From Octopus sinensis (taxonomy: Eukaryota): a stretch of 64,000 bases of DNA. The stretch covers positions 69,192,001 through 69,256,000 of the forward strand of contig NC_043007.1 of NCBI RefSeq assembly GCF_006345805.1, given 5' to 3'. The notes below the pieces were generated by a model. It was not told the origin of the DNA. It worked only from the letters and a program-made list of their open reading frames with translations, and ran no database searches. The position numbers and the translations under genes were made by a program. Below, piece by piece: positions 26,655 through 42,139 of the stretch (its first letter is position 1; each line of letters opens with the position of its first letter).

Positions 26655-26717
<63 letters not shown>

Positions 26718-26734
26718 CACGTGTACATAATAGA

Positions 26735-26781
<47 letters not shown>

Positions 26782-27358
26782 GGCCAAACACACATGCATA
26801 CATATATAGCTGTTGCTCTAAATATCTGTCAATTTTAATTTCATTTAAAAGAACACTAGTAAATAAAAAGCAACACAAATTTATTGGAATTTCATGGCGG
26901 GAAATACTTAATAGACAGACAGAGAATATGGTTCTTCCAAAGATTTCAAACACTTACTGGTGGGAAGATAAAAATAATTCGGTGTCTTTATGAGCAACTA
27001 ATTATTCAAATGTTTGTCCGTAAAAACGAAAGAATTTTTCTCGAATACCTTCGATCATATATATTTAGCGATCGCTTGACACAGAGAGGAGTGATTGATA
27101 AAATGTCTTTTCATTTTTTTGCCTGTATCCTTCATCGTTTGAATCCCGCCAAAGAAGATTTTAATAAATCATTTTTCAGAGATGGAAAGGAGGCGAATAA
27201 AGTAAAGTACTGTTTCATTAAAAAGATCCCACTGACTATCGCTCTATCGATATATCTACCTGCAGCAACGGTTAACGTAATATTTCAGGTGATGTGGTGA
27301 CCAGCATTTCTTTAATTCAATTCAAATAAAATTAATTTACACCATATACTTTAATTGT

Positions 27359-27605
27359 GGAGGCGCGTGGCTTAGTGGTTAGGGTGTCAGCACCATGATC
27401 GTAAGATTATGGTTTCGATTCCTGGACCGGGCGACGCGTTGTGTTCTTGAGCAAAACACTTCATTTCACGTTGCTCCAGTCCACTCAGCTGGCAAAAATG
27501 AGTAACGCTGCGATGGACTGGCGCCCCGTCCAGCTGGGGAACACATACGCCATTGAAGCCGGGAAACCATGAGCCTGACTAGGCTTTAAAAGGGCGCATT
27601 TATTT
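27359..27605 (+). mobile_element. SINE family C (CORE/MESC-like), full-length with 13-bp TSD
   Basis: A-box TGGCTTAGTGG and B-box GGTTTCGATTCC. ATATACTTTAATT at 27344-27356 and 27612-27624. Confidence 0.9.
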
Positions 27606-27989
27606 ATTTTTATATACTTTAATTAAGGGTGCGGGGGGGAATGTGCATGTGTGCGTGTGCGTGTGTGTGCACGTGCGCGTGTTGCACATGCATTGGAGCT
27701 TGCATAAAACGTGTCATGAATGTATTGACACTACTACTAAACATTCTTCAAGACATTGCCCCAGCATGGCTGCAGTCTAATGACTGAAACAAATAGAAGA
27801 TAAAAGACAAAGGATATAGTGATACATTACTAAAATCGATAAAAATAGTACATGGATTTGGGTGAGGAGTGATATATATATATATTGCGAAGATAATCTG
27901 GAACTCAACTGAGGAAAGAAAACTCCGAATGACCCGTCCTTGTTTTCGTTTTCTCTGTATCGTCTATCTGGATGTTTTGCGTTCTTGTC

Positions 27990-28320
<331 letters not shown>

Positions 28321-28332
28321 ACGCACATAACA

Positions 28333-28565
28333 TACAAGAGAAATAAAAATCATTATCTGCATTTTCGCCAAAAGCTTTCTTTAGATTAGCGGCCCTGCAT
28401 TCAATGCTCGCGAACCGAAAGACGATACTCTTGTGGTTACATAACCGATGTTTTATCTTCATTACTCCAGTTTTCTGGAGAGTTACAGAGTAGGCATGGC
28501 CAATCTGCTGACAGTGTGAACCGAGGAGGAACAGAGATCAGTGATCCGATTCCTCTGGTCCGACG
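28333..28565 (+). mobile_element. 5' remnant of a mariner-family element
   Basis: ATG at 28496 gives MANLLTV*TEEEQRSVIRFLWS, resembling a mariner N-terminal EQRSVIRFL motif. A degenerate TIR-like start lies at 28333. Confidence 0.55.
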
Positions 28566-29252
28566 AATTTTATTAACACCTGAAAAAATACAAAGTTTCC
28601 AACATTCCCATTGTAGAAAGTTATGAGAGGTCATACTGTATGTGAGAGTGAGTTCAATACGTATTTCAGTTCCGAACGTTATGAAGCACGTGTTATCGTT
28701 AAATTACTTGATACTGTTCTAATATTTAGAGAAAGATTTTTCAAAATATTTATTTTGGAAATTACTTTTGGAAATAGTTTTAATATTTAGAGAAATATTT
28801 TTTTTTTAATGTTAGGATTAAGAAAAAAATCAAGAATGAAGAATAGTAGAAGAGTCATTGAATAGTGAGAGAGGGGTAAAGCATGAGGAATAGTAGAAAT
28901 GTCATTGAATAGTGAAAGAGGAGTAAAGCATGAGAAATAGTATTATTGGATAGTGAGAGAATGGGGTCGGAGGAGTAAAGTTGAAAAAGTGTGACACGCT
29001 GACACACTGACATTCGCTGTTGCATCTATTATTATAGATATATTTTGATACATTACTTTTTTATTCTTGTTTCAGTTGTTATACTGTGCCCAAGCTGGGG
29101 CATAAAAATTGAAAAATTTTAGTCATATGAATCGCCCCCAATATTTCTTCTTTTTCAGACTGGCATTTATTCTATGGGAATCTTTTGCCGAACCGCTGAT
29201 TTACATTGGATTGGCGTAAAGATACTAACATCGGTTGTCAAACGAGGTAGGC

Positions 29253-29321
<69 letters not shown>

Positions 29322-29331
29322 TCACTCACAC

Positions 29332-29369
<38 letters not shown>

Positions 29370-30003
29370 CGAAAGCTTCTTTCAGTTTCCGTCTATCAAA
29401 TCTACTCACAGAGGGATTAAACCAGGAACAACTTGGTAGGGAAGCAAACTTCTTGCAACTTCTACGTATTATCGTGCATGACACATTATCATAGGAATTA
29501 TGGTACTCTATTGAAATTTTAATAAACTACCATAATTCAATGTTTTACATCTCACTGTGTATAAATAAGCTGCGGGTATTTGGATTTAGGTTATAACACA
29601 GAAGAGCGCCATAAACTAAAAGAACCACAAGAATCAAATTCATGAGATCTCGGACCATTCATTTCATTAGTTTCAAAAACCTTATTAATAAAATTTCCTT
29701 TTATTTTACGTAAAAGAATATTAATTAGAAGACTTCGTCCGTAAATATGATTTTATTAATAGAGATATTATTTTTTGCATTAAAAAAATTTGTAATTATT
29801 TAAAGCAAATCATTGGAAACATCGTAATTGTAAGTAGTCAAAATATCATTAATTTTTCCGTAATTACTTCAGGAATATAGGTGCGGGTGTAGTTGTGTAG
29901 CAAGACCTTTACACACGAATCACGGGTTTCGAGTTCAGTATGTATGCAGTCTACGGATATTTTTGCTCACACAGGCCACTGATAAAAATTAATATTTAAA
30001 TTT

Positions 30004-30060
<57 letters not shown>

Positions 30061-30155
30061 TGCAAAACAGTATGCCGACTTGCTGCCGGCACGTGTATTA
30101 CTTCGTCCTGAAATTCTCGAAGAAAAACTGGGAATAGATCGAAATAACCACACAC

Positions 30156-30201
<46 letters not shown>

Positions 30202-30864
30202 CACACACACGCACACACACACACTCTCACACACACACACGCACACACACAGAGTAATAATAACAGTAACCCTTGGATGGGATTTGTAAACATTTTAATG
30301 TATTAAAATATTTATAACTTCTATCCAAGGATTATTGTTATTTTTGTTATATTTATCCTACATTATATTTGGTACAGCCCGATGCAACCTCAAAAAATTG
30401 GTTCACCAGTCAGCATCATTAGACTGTGGCTGGCATGATGGAATAGGAGCTTTATTTGCATATTCAAAGCGTCTCTGTGCATTATTTGGATGGTGAAAAC
30501 ATAAATATTAATGGCGAAGCGAATCCGGAAAGTGCAGAAGTCGACCTGTCTTAACTGATGAAGTAATGGAAATTGCCGAAATAGACGTGTCAGTATTAAG
30601 AATTCTCGATCGGCACTTTTCTGACGATTATGGTCCCTATTAGTTTATATGTTTTCATTTCATTCATGTGCGTTAACTACAGCAGTCTTGTAAGCGGATT
30701 TAGTAGACGGACATTGCTAGAAATAAGACCGGTTTAGGTTTAATTTTTAGCAATGTAGATGTTTTCTAACACATTAATTGCATCTAGTAACATTTGTATT
30801 TCTCCTTTTTATTGAAACATTGCAAACTGCTGTTTATACATATATATAGATTTGTGTGTGTGTG

Positions 30865-30941
<77 letters not shown>

Positions 30942-32744
30942 TGTGTGTGTGTGTATATATTTATATATATATTGTCCCCCCCCCCACGAAACGAAGAACA
31001 AACGCAACAAGAAAAAACAAGAACGCGAGGACGTGGTATATGCAAAGTATTAGCAGGATCTTTATGATCAAGTTTTCGCCCTCACTACCGATTGACAGAC
31101 GTGTCTTCGTTTCTGTAACTTAGTGGTTCAGTAAAAATGAACGACAGAATAAGAAGCGGGCTTTGCAAAATAAGTATTGGGGTCGATTCATTCAACTAAA
31201 ACATTCAAGGTGGTGCTCCAACTATCACTGAAGCAAGTAAACGATAAAAGTCGTATTTATATATGCATAGGTACATATATGCATACATACAACTTACACA
31301 CACACACACATATATATATATAGATAGATATACACACACATATATCGCACCAGCCATTACCTGCTGAGTAAAGTTGGTAGACGGAAATTGTGTGGAAGCT
31401 CGTCGTATATATATATATATATTTGTGTATGTGTGTCTGTATGTGTGTATCTATGTACATGTGTTTTAGTTTCCAGTTCCTCCAACACTTTATAACTGGT
31501 GTTGGTTTGTTTACGACCCTCCCTCGTAACTTAGGTGCTTGACGAAAGGACGTTAGAAAATCAGTACTGCGGTCGATTTGTTCGACTAAACTATTCGTGC
31601 TTTCTCAGTATGACAGCACGATCACATTCACCAATGGATAAAACCAGTGAAAACATATAAGACAATATATATAATAATATATAAAATTCGGGTATTAAGA
31701 AGCACCAGCTTTGCTATATATAGGTGTAATAAAAAACTTAGAAGACACAAGAATTATCACTAAATTTTTGCAGGCCTGGTGAAAAAAAAACAAAAACTAA
31801 ATGAATAAGAATTGTATCTCACCTCTGAAAAATTGCGATAGGAACGGCAATTAACCTGGTATCATGATTTCGAATTTAGCGCTAGAAAGCACTTGATTCT
31901 CTTCAGCCAGATCTACTCCTAACAATACTGGCAATTCACTTCACAGTACCTGTGTTCGCTTGAGGGCTCCAGCTGCATTGAAAAAACGAACTAAGTGAAT
32001 TATCTATAAATGTATAAGTAACATTATTATTCATAAAAAATAATAATATTAGTGACCGCAAGCACAAAAACCGAATAGGCAAATTAATACATATATATAT
32101 ATACTTGCTTGATCAACTGGTTTCTAGATTTCACTCAATATTCTTCTTACTCATTCCTCATTTCTTCTTAACCAAATCTAGTGACTTCCCTTCTCCACCG
32201 TAACCTGGATGTCACTCATGTTGATATTTGCTTTACGATGTGTTAGACTAGGAATAACAACCATTCACATATTTTGCTCCTTTAGAGTCTAAGTCCTCAA
32301 ATCTTGCAGGGGTTAACTTTACGTTTCATTCCTCTGGGACCAATATAATATAGCTCTTGTGTACTGTAGTGCTGGATCGGACTAACACATTTAAATCTAA
32401 GTTTTTAGCTTTGAATCTGTATATGAAATTATATAGGTATAAAAGTTTTAGCAATTATAAGCAGCGAGCTAGCAGAATCGTTAGCAAACCGAACAAAAAT
32501 GTTTAGCGGCGTTTCGTCCGTCTTTACGTTCTGAGATCAAATTCCGCCGAGTTCGACTTTGATTTTTTTCATCGTTTCAGACCTTGTACCTATAGCAGAA
32601 AGGATTGTACATATCTGCGTATTTATATGTATGTATGTATGATGTATGTATGTTGTATGTATGTATGTATGTATGTATGTATGTATGTATGTATGTATGT
32701 ATGTATGTATGTATGTATGTATGTATGTGTGTGTGTGTGTATAA

Positions 32745-32795
<51 letters not shown>

Positions 32796-32798
32796 TAC

Positions 32799-32829
<31 letters not shown>

Positions 32830-32831
<2 letters not shown>

Positions 32832-33155
32832 AAGGCGTATGGTTTAGTGGTTAGGGTATTCGGCTCACGAGCGTAAGGTTGTAAGTTCAATCCTCGTCGA
32901 AGCTTTGCGTCCTTGAGCAAGGCACATTATTTCACGTTGCTCCTGTCCACTCAGTTGGCAAAAAAGAGTACCACCTATATTTCAAAGGACCAGCTTTGTC
33001 ACATTCTGTGTCACGCAGAACCTCCCTGAGAACTAATGTAAAGGTACACGTGTCTGCGGAGTGCTCAGCCACTTGTACGTTAATGTCTCGAACAGGCTGT
33101 TCCGTCGATCGGATCAACTGGAACCTTCGTCGTCGTAACCGACGGAATGCCAGTT
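32830..33155 (+). mobile_element. SINE family D (CORE-like domain, distinct 3' tail)
   Basis: Head GGCGTATGGTTTAGTGGTTAGG and GTCCTTGAGCAAGGCAC. Inverted sister copy at about 41805-42130. Confidence 0.8.
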
Positions 33156-33573
33156 CTTTATGTGTGAGTGTGTGTGTATGCGCGTGTGTGTGTGTGTGTG
33201 TGTGGGGGGGGGGTGAGTGTGTGTGCGTGGGCGCGCGCGTATACACGTACATAATATATGGTTATCTTAAATTGGAATCTATATTCGTTAACCGTTACGT
33301 TTTCTCTCTCTTTCGTCTTCTACCTTTATTTCTTTTTTACCATTTCTGATTCCTTTAACTTTCTAATGATTGCTGTCGTCGCTGTGTGTCGCTTCTGTCG
33401 TATTTGAACTGACAAGCGGCAGAATGTTCCTTCAACAGATGTCATTATCAAGAAGACATCATTTCCTTAAATACACAATCCCTCTCCCTTTTCGATGTGT
33501 GTATTTAGTCGGGGCAGGAGTGGAGGTCTACGTCTGGCGATATCAAGCTTTCCTGTGTTTTGCAGAAATTTGT

Positions 33574-33606
<33 letters not shown>

Positions 33607-33866
33607 TTCGCTTATTATGAAGATGTATGACTGTGGGCGGATGAAACGAGGACACCCCTTGTCAAGAAGCCCGTGGGAGGTAGTAGATTAAAACAAAGTC
33701 AGAAAAAAAAACACAGGAGTAACAATAACAGCAATGAGCTAATGTATGAACGTTTACGTGGTAAATTAATATGCTAGTAATAACAACCAAAATCAAAACA
33801 AACTCTGCCGTCGTACAATTATTTCAAGTGATAAATTTGTCTGAGATATCATGGTAGTTTCTTCAC

Positions 33867-34558
33867 GTCCAAAGATCACGAAGAAAAGTGCCGTGTCCTC
33901 CAGTGGTGATGTAAACCGATCCCTGACGCTGCAGCGATTTTCGTCCTGCCTGCACTAAGTAGATTCAAAATTGCAAGTCAGTGTGCGCAATCCGATCCCA
34001 CTATTTAGACTTGAATGCCTGACCATAGAGGCTCAGCTGTGATGACCACTCCTATATTTATTGCCTTATTGGGCTGGTGACCTATAGTTACCGAAAAGGT
34101 GTCAAAAATGGTACTTTAGTACCCGAGGGTCTCCATTCCTTGATTTACTGTCGAGACTAATTCCCCTAGCCTTTTCCTTTACTAAGGTACTCATAAAGCC
34201 GTGAGGGTTTGAGCTGTCCAAAGATCACGAAGAAAAGTGCCATGTCCTCCAGTGGTGATGTAAACCGATTCCTGACGCTGCAGGGATTTTCGTCCTGCTC
34301 GCACTAAGTAGATTAGGAATGCAAGTCAGTGTGCGCAATCTAATCCCGCTATTTAGACTTGAATGCCTGACCATAAAGGCTCAGCAGGCTCAAACAGCTG
34401 TGATGACCTCTCCTATATTTAATGTCTTATTGGGGTGGAGACTTATAGTTTCCGAAAAGGTGTCAAAGATGGTACTTTAGTACCTGAGCGTCTCCATTCC
34501 TTGATTTACTGTCGAGACTAATTCCCCTAGCCTTTTCCTTTCCTAAGGTACTCATAAA
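33867..34558. repeat. Direct tandem duplication, period 349 bp (2 copies)
   Basis: GTCCAAAGATCACGAAGAAAAG..AAGGTACTCATAAA at 33867-34197 and 34216-34558, with scattered substitutions and one insertion. Confidence 0.95.
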
Positions 34559-34895
34559 ATAGGTACTCTTCTTTAACATACTGATTAACCCATATATGGG
34601 ACTCTGAGAGGCGCTGCTATGCTATGTCAGAACAAACCTAGGAAGAATAGTGGCTTAAAGGTGGTTCCTGGAACTTCCGAATCAGAATCCCACTAGCGGA
34701 TGTAGTATAAAGCCATACCCAGCAAAATGTTTAAGACTTTGAACTGTTTGAAAAGACTAGATGGCCATGATCGTAATGACTTTGATCATAAATTTTCTTG
34801 ACCAGTGTCTGTGCGGCTAGGCTAAAACACCACCACCACCCGAACCTCTAACAGAAGCCCTCATTAGATTACCGAACCTCTCTCTCTCTCTCTCC

Positions 34896-34957
<62 letters not shown>

Positions 34958-35079
34958 TTTTATTCTTTTATTTATTTTATTTTTTTTTATTTGTTTCAGT
35001 CATATATGTGTGCGTGTATATGTGTGCGTGTATATGTATATATGTGTGTTATCTATATGTACACACACACACACACACA

Positions 35080-35116
<37 letters not shown>

Positions 35117-35126
35117 ACACACACAT

Positions 35127-35160
<34 letters not shown>

Positions 35161-35356
35161 GCATATACACACATATAATGTATTAATATATCTAAGAGTG
35201 GCAATATTCAGGATGCATTAATACATGCCAGACAAAATAAAAACACTGAATAAATAGACAGAAGCAAAAAGAAAAAAAAAACGACCGGCATCATCATCAT
35301 CATCATCATCATCCACCATCATCATCATCATCATCATCACCATCATCATCATCACC

Positions 35357-35423
<67 letters not shown>

Positions 35424-35424
35424 C

Positions 35425-35472
<48 letters not shown>

Positions 35473-35796
35473 TGTTATTGTTGTTGTTGTTGTTGTTACT
35501 ATTATTATTGTTATTATTTGAAATCACAGATCTTCCTAAGTTTAAAAATGATTGATATAATATGAATTAAAATTATAAGTGCATTATAAAAATACAATAG
35601 ACATGAAAGTATCTGTAATGAAATAAATACGTTTTTGTATTCGTCTGAAAAAACATATTCCTCATTCTTCATTGTCCTCCAGCTGGAATATTTCAAGACA
35701 AGATTACTGTTACTGGAATGCTAAAGAGATTCGAAATAGTTCTTAGAAAAATATAAGCATTACGTAAAGTCTAGCATGGAAAGGCATCGACGTCTA

Positions 35797-35921
<125 letters not shown>

Positions 35922-36045
35922 ATGTATATATATATGTTATATATGTATACATGTATATATATACATATATACATGTATATACATATCTATATATGATATA
36001 TGTATCTCTATCTCTCTCTCTCAATATATATATATATATAATGAC

Positions 36046-36101
<56 letters not shown>

Positions 36102-36114
36102 TAATAATAATAAA

Positions 36115-36351
36115 TGCGCCCTTTTAAAGCCAGGCTCATGGGCCCGGTTTCCCGGTTTCAATGGCGTATGTGTTCCCCAGTTGGACGGGATGACAGTCCA
36201 TCGCAGCGTTACTCATTTTTGCCAGCTGAGTGGACTGGAGAAATGTGAAATGAAGTGTTTTGCTCAAGAACACAACGCGTCGCCCGGTCCAGGAATCGAA
36301 ACCACAATCTTACGATCATGATGCTGACACCCTAACCACTAAGCCACGCGC

Positions 36352-36352
<1 letters not shown>
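36115..36352 (-). mobile_element. SINE family C
   Basis: Reverse complement of 27359-27605. Confidence 0.88.
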
Positions 36353-36441
<89 letters not shown>

Positions 36442-36704
36442 ATGTAACAAATATTTCAGTAGCAGGCGTAAAATGATTTAAACATAAATTTAAGTCAGAA
36501 CGGATTTTACCACAAAAAATCATCTTACCTGTTCACCAAATAACTTAGTAAGTACTATTAAATGTAAAAGATGTAACGAAGATTACTTAGGTCAAACATA
36601 ACTCACTCATTAGAAATAGACTTACTACTCATAGACAGCGAATACGAGACCCGAGTACGAAGCAGATATCACTTAGTGAACACGAAGACCTATGTACAAA
36701 AAAT

Positions 36705-37310
36705 CAGAATACACTGGACTAGGAGGCAATACGATCTCAGAGTCAGAGTCGGTGCGTGACCTGGGGGTTCACATGAGAAATGATGCAACATTCCATGTAC
36801 ATATTTCCAAGATGGCAACACTGCGCAGATGAGTGGCTGAATGGATTCTGAGGACATTCAGAACCAGGAAAAGGGATGCCCTGCAACTCCTATGGAAGAC
36901 TTTCTCAGCCGCTTGGACTAATTGCTGCTTCCAACTATGGTTCCCAGAGAGTGTGAAGCAAATTGTGGAACTCGAAGCAATCCAGCGCCAATACACAAAG
37001 AAGATTGACTCGATGCAAAAGATGGGCTACCGGGAGAGGCTAAAGAAGCTGAGTCTCTATTCCTTGGAGAGAAGACGAGACAGATATGCAGTGATATATA
37101 TTTGGAAGATCTTGGAGGGTTTAGCTTCCAATTTTAGAATTGACAGCTATACCAATCCTCGAACTGGACGGCACTGCACCATACCAAAGATCCTGGGTTT
37201 CCCATCTAAAATAAGGGCACCGTACTGCAATAATCTGGATTTCAAGGGCCCGTAATTGTTGAACATCCTTCCAGTCGACCGTAGAGATCTACATGGCGTT
37301 GATGTGGAAA
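36705..37310 (+). mobile_element. CR1-clade LINE, RT C-terminal fragment
   Basis: SESVRDLGVHM..WILRTFRTR..LEAIQRQYTKKI..ERLKKLSLYSLERRRDRY..WKILEGL. Frameshifted. Confidence 0.85.
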
Positions 37311-37389
37311 TTTTGGGATTTTTTGCGGAGGGAGAAAGTGGTATATATATATATATACAAAGATTTCCTTTCAATAAGCAACGAACCAC

Positions 37390-37870
37390 TCAACCCTTCC
37401 CCGGATGTACATGTAGAGACAAATCTAAATATCTTCTTGGACAGGAGTGCATATATTTTTCATTGTTTATAAAGCACAAGTTTCAGCAAACTACGGCAAT
37501 GGTTGTACAAATATCAAACGTTATATCGGATCCGCGGAAAGAAAATTAAAATCTAGATATAACAATCATCTTTCGAATTTTAGATACCGTGATATTTTAG
37601 ATACCGTGATAACAGTCAATAACCCTATCGACTTTAATCTGGAAACTTAATGGCGAAGGGATCAGCTTATACGTAGAATGGAAAATCCTCTCCAAATCCA
37701 AACCCTATTAAAGGATCTAAAAAAAATTTTCAGTCTGTTCTCTGGAAAAACTGTATCTATTTATGACCTCCAACGATACACAAATTCGAGGAACGAGAGT
37801 TTTCCTGTATGTCCGCATTTCAAGAAATACATCTTGTCAGAATTTAAAAGTAGACCATTGGACACTTACT
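37390..37870 (+). mobile_element. Penelope-like element fragment (Neptune-type Cys linker + GIY-YIG)
   Basis: GCTCRDKSK..QEC, then IVYKAQV..KRYIGSAE..KSRYNNH. Confidence 0.72.
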
Positions 37871-39324
37871 AAACCATTAACGTCTGTTTAAGGTTTACTA
37901 TACGCAATTTCACTCACAATTTATGGATCGACCCGAGACTAAAGAAAATATGTAACATCTGTCCGAGATGGCAATCAATAGAGTCGAACCCGAAACTTCG
38001 TGTTTCCCAAGTAGACTTCTTAGTTATTCAAGCATAGTGCACCTACTGTATATAATATGCATGACTTTTAACTTTTTTAATGCATGTAATCACAAACTTC
38101 TTCACTCATTCTTAGCAAAAGAAAAAAAGAAAAGAACAAGAGAGTGAGAAAGAAAAAGAAGAAACAAAATAAAGAAAAGCAGAAAGAAAAAGAAAATTTT
38201 TTGCTGGATTGCAATGTGTTTGCATAATAAAAGATAGTATCATCTTTTACTTTGATACCAAGCATCTGTTGATGAAGCCATAAAAGTATTTCTCGTAGAG
38301 TATATTTAAAACATTTTTTATAACATTCCCATCCCACCATGTGTTGTCTATTCTATGTCTAACATACTTTCATTCAACATCAATATATGTTAACATCAAT
38401 GATATATTTGCAAGGAAATCTAGAAGTATATTCTCTATAAAATTCATTTAATCTAAAGCGAATGTTATTCTAAAATAACAATATAATCTTGTATTTCTTA
38501 GCAGTTTTACGATGTCTAGTGCAGAAGCGAAGAGTTCAGCGATGTTCTCCTTACCAATTAGATTTAGTACACTTCAAGAGAAAAAACTACTTCATCTTTC
38601 TCAAATACCTCTCTGTTTTTCTGTCTCCAACTCATTCAGCTGAAGAGGCGTTACAATGAACGGACGACCCAACATTAAAATGTTTAAAAGAAGTTAAATG
38701 GAAAAACTAGAATATTTAATGTTATGAGCAAGAAAATTATCTTTAATTAATCAAAATTACACTTGTAATGAAAGCACAGATTATTAGATCTAATTCTAGA
38801 GAGCCTAAGGGAGACAACTGAATCTAGTTAATAACTGAATGATGGCTTGAGCAAGTGTGATAATTTCAGATATGTTTCATACTTATTTAACCTCCTCAGC
38901 AAAAGAGAATAAACCCGTGTTTAGTAAATATTCAGGATGGGCTTTTAGGCTAAAGATATTTTCTTATCTTCCTCTACCAGTCACGGAGGCCCTGAAAAAG
39001 TCTCAAGGACACTTCAGCTCCAAATCTCTCACCCGATTTAATTCTTAAAGGAATCAAAATTTAAAAAGTGCATCCCACACAGAACATGACTAGAATAACT
39101 GTCTAGAGGTGGTGTGGAATAGATATTTAAAGACTTGAGGTTGTACACTAGCCATTAAATGAGGTGAAGAATCTCTTTCTTTTGGCTTAATGATGTCATT
39201 TTTCAATCTTAAGGAATGATCATAGGTTTCTAATATGATGTTGGAAATATATGGAAATATCGTGCGCATTCCTCAATAGGAAGAGATGAATACAATTCCC
39301 AATTAATTCTGAAGGAATAATAGT

Positions 39325-39535
39325 TTCAAGTTGTGGCACAAGGCCAGCAATTTTGGGGGAGGGGTAAGTCGATTACATCGACCCAGAATTCGACTGGTAC
39401 TTATTTTATCGACCCCAAAAGGATGAAAGGTAAGGTCAAACTCGGCGGAATTTGAACTCAGAAAGTAAAGACAGATGAAATACCACTGAGCATTTTGCCT
39501 GGAGTGCTAACGTTTCTGCCAGCTCGCCGCCTTAA
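39325..39535 (-). mobile_element. SINE family A (alternative 3' tail)
   Basis: Head matches family A. Tail ..CCCCCAAAATTGCTGGCCTTGTGCC as at 54538-54755. Confidence 0.85.
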
Positions 39536-41804
39536 TCTAAATTAATATTAACATCTAACTAATCAATTAGTAATTGTTCAGGTTATTGAGGCTGTTTTGA
39601 AATACAAACAGAGCAGCAGAGAAGATACGACGTTTATAATTTAGTTTATAGCTACCGGGTTCGAACATGTTACTGGCATTATGCAAAGAGCAATTTAATC
39701 TATATTTAATTTACTAAACCAAGTGTTGAGAATATATATCAGCCCATTTGGAAATCTATTTATCACTTAATCAAGAAGAAGGTAGTACCTATGAGCCTTT
39801 ACAGGGCCTTCTAGACTGATGAGATGAAGGTTTCCTTGATCCAAGAACCTGACCCGAATGCTTGTTAGAGAGTGGGATTCAGCTAAAGGCTAAGCTGGAC
39901 AAGGGATTAGGTCGACCACAATAAAAACAAAAAAAAAACACGATGGGATTTCGAACTCAGAACGTAAAGAACAGAAACAAGTACCACAGCACGTCCAGTT
40001 CGACAGTTCAATGATTCCACCAGTCCCTAGACTGGTACTTGTTTATCGACCTCGAAAGGTGTAGCCAAAGTAGACCTCAGTGAGATTTGATCTCAGAACG
40101 CAGGAAGCCTGTATAAATATCACAAAGTATTTCGTCCGGCGTTCTAATGATTTTGCCAATGAGTCGTTTACGTAATTGGTACGGTAGAAATATCACTGGC
40201 TACAGCGTGGCACTTTATTCAACAGAAGAAAGATTTATCGCACAGCCGCTTCTCATCATAAGAACTCTGGAGCTGTTCTAACTTGCCTTTTGATAATTGT
40301 GATACATGCTGTAGAAGTGGCGATAATTTTAGTAAATGAAGTATTTAACTTGTATGAAATTTGGTATACCTGTATTTATCAATGTTGTTAATATACATGA
40401 CAGCTGACTATTTTCCTTAGCTCACTATTGTTTAATTTATGCAAATTACCTAGGCCATTAATGTACTCTACTATTTTGTATAAGTCTATGTCTTTAGGTT
40501 GCTAAAGATACGTTGAAACAACTGTCGTGCTGACGACGCCTATGGAGACTAAAATGCCTTCTTATCTCTTGACAATAAGCATGTCCTTTTCCTTAATAGC
40601 ATGTTAAAATTTTTGTGTCTTCAGATTATCTCACCTTCTCACATGGAACTGTACTTAATTGCTATTTGATGGTGATTGCGACACATTCTCTAATTAAAAC
40701 CATCTCACGTCTAGGAGATGGGTTTAAATTAATCAAAAATTTATGTTGCATGGTATTTTATATACTCGTATTTGTCTTAGAATAAGAAATAGCTTTTGAA
40801 AGCTTAAAATTGGGTTTAAGAGCTATTTAGCTATAATATTTACCTATTAAAAGTCTGATGTAATGGGAATTTGAGTTTTAACTGCTTGCCACGTCTACTT
40901 TCAGACAAGACGGGAACGTGCGCTCATTCTGTTGGCAGTTCGGCATCTCATCATCTGGGCGAGCTGCAACTTCCACATTTATAAATAGCTTGCTTGTAAA
41001 TACTGATAAATTCAAACACGGAGTTCCGACGTTGGTTTGAATTCAAGCAAGAATAACTAAAACTCATGTAAGGATTGCAAATTAGCCAGTTAGCTCAGCA
41101 GTAGTCCTGACATTTATCAAATGAAATCATATGCTTGTCGAATTTGCTAGAAACATTTTATAATTCAACGCTGTTCGCTTTTAATTATGTAAGGGCATTT
41201 CACACCAAATTGAAAACATATTTAGTATATTTTCAGTCTTCGCTCAAAGTTTTATTTCATCCCTCTATTGGCAAAGATATATAGTCTGCTTCTTCTTTTT
41301 CTGTTTTTCTTCTTTCTTATTTTTCTGGCTAAATAGCCAAACAGGCGGATGTTTCCACCATGCCGGAAACCTGAAGTAGTATTAACGCTTTCAGTCGGAT
41401 AAACTTTCCAATGATTGACTGGAATGAAACAAAATGTTGTGTGTTTGTTGCTGATACAAGTGTTCAGTGAGAAAATATATATCATTGGTAGACAAGGCGG
41501 GGGCGCTGTGACTAAGATACGATTAATGTTGGCAAGATATCACCATAACTAGCATAAATACAATACTTGTGGGCAAAAAGGCTGTTAGTGATTATTGTCG
41601 TTGTTTAGTTATAGTTGGCATTGATTGAGGTGTTCAAGTTTTAAAGCTTTAATTGTCTCACTATTTAGCTGTCGCGCTCCTCCACGGGACAAAATAAAAT
41701 ATTGGTTTCCATATGGTGAATGATCTTGCACATCACTTTTCAAAATTAAGATATATGAAAGCAATGCAATATATATGACATACATATACATACATAAATA
41801 AAAA

Positions 41805-42130
41805 TCTGGCACTTCGTCTGTTATGACGACGACGGACCAGTTGATTCCGTCAACGGAACGGCCTGTTCGTGAAATTACCGTGCAAGTGACTGAGCACTCC
41901 AGAGACACGTGTACTCTTACAGTAGTTCTCAAGGAGATTCAACAATATCTCAGAAGGTGACAATGTTGGCCTTTGGAAATACAGGTACTACCCATTTTTG
42001 TCAGCTAAGTTGACTGAAACAACGTGAAATAAAGTGTGTTAGTCAAGGACACAACACACAACCGGGAATTGGATTCACAAACATATGATCTTTGATCAAA
42101 ATAGCCTAATCACTAAGCCACGTACCTCCA
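41805..42130 (-). mobile_element. SINE family D
   Basis: Reverse complement of 32830-33155. Confidence 0.75.
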
Positions 42131-42139
42131 TCAAAGAAA

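Noticed and set aside
26884-27300. 138-aa non-repetitive ORF on the plus strand
   Set aside because: TTG start and no recognisable motif. By rough estimate, about one ORF of this length is expected by chance in six frames of 64 kb.
41252-41485. ORF with a basic RKIRKKKNRKRRSR stretch
   Set aside because: It arises from a T/C-rich low-complexity tract on the other strand, with no domain evidence.
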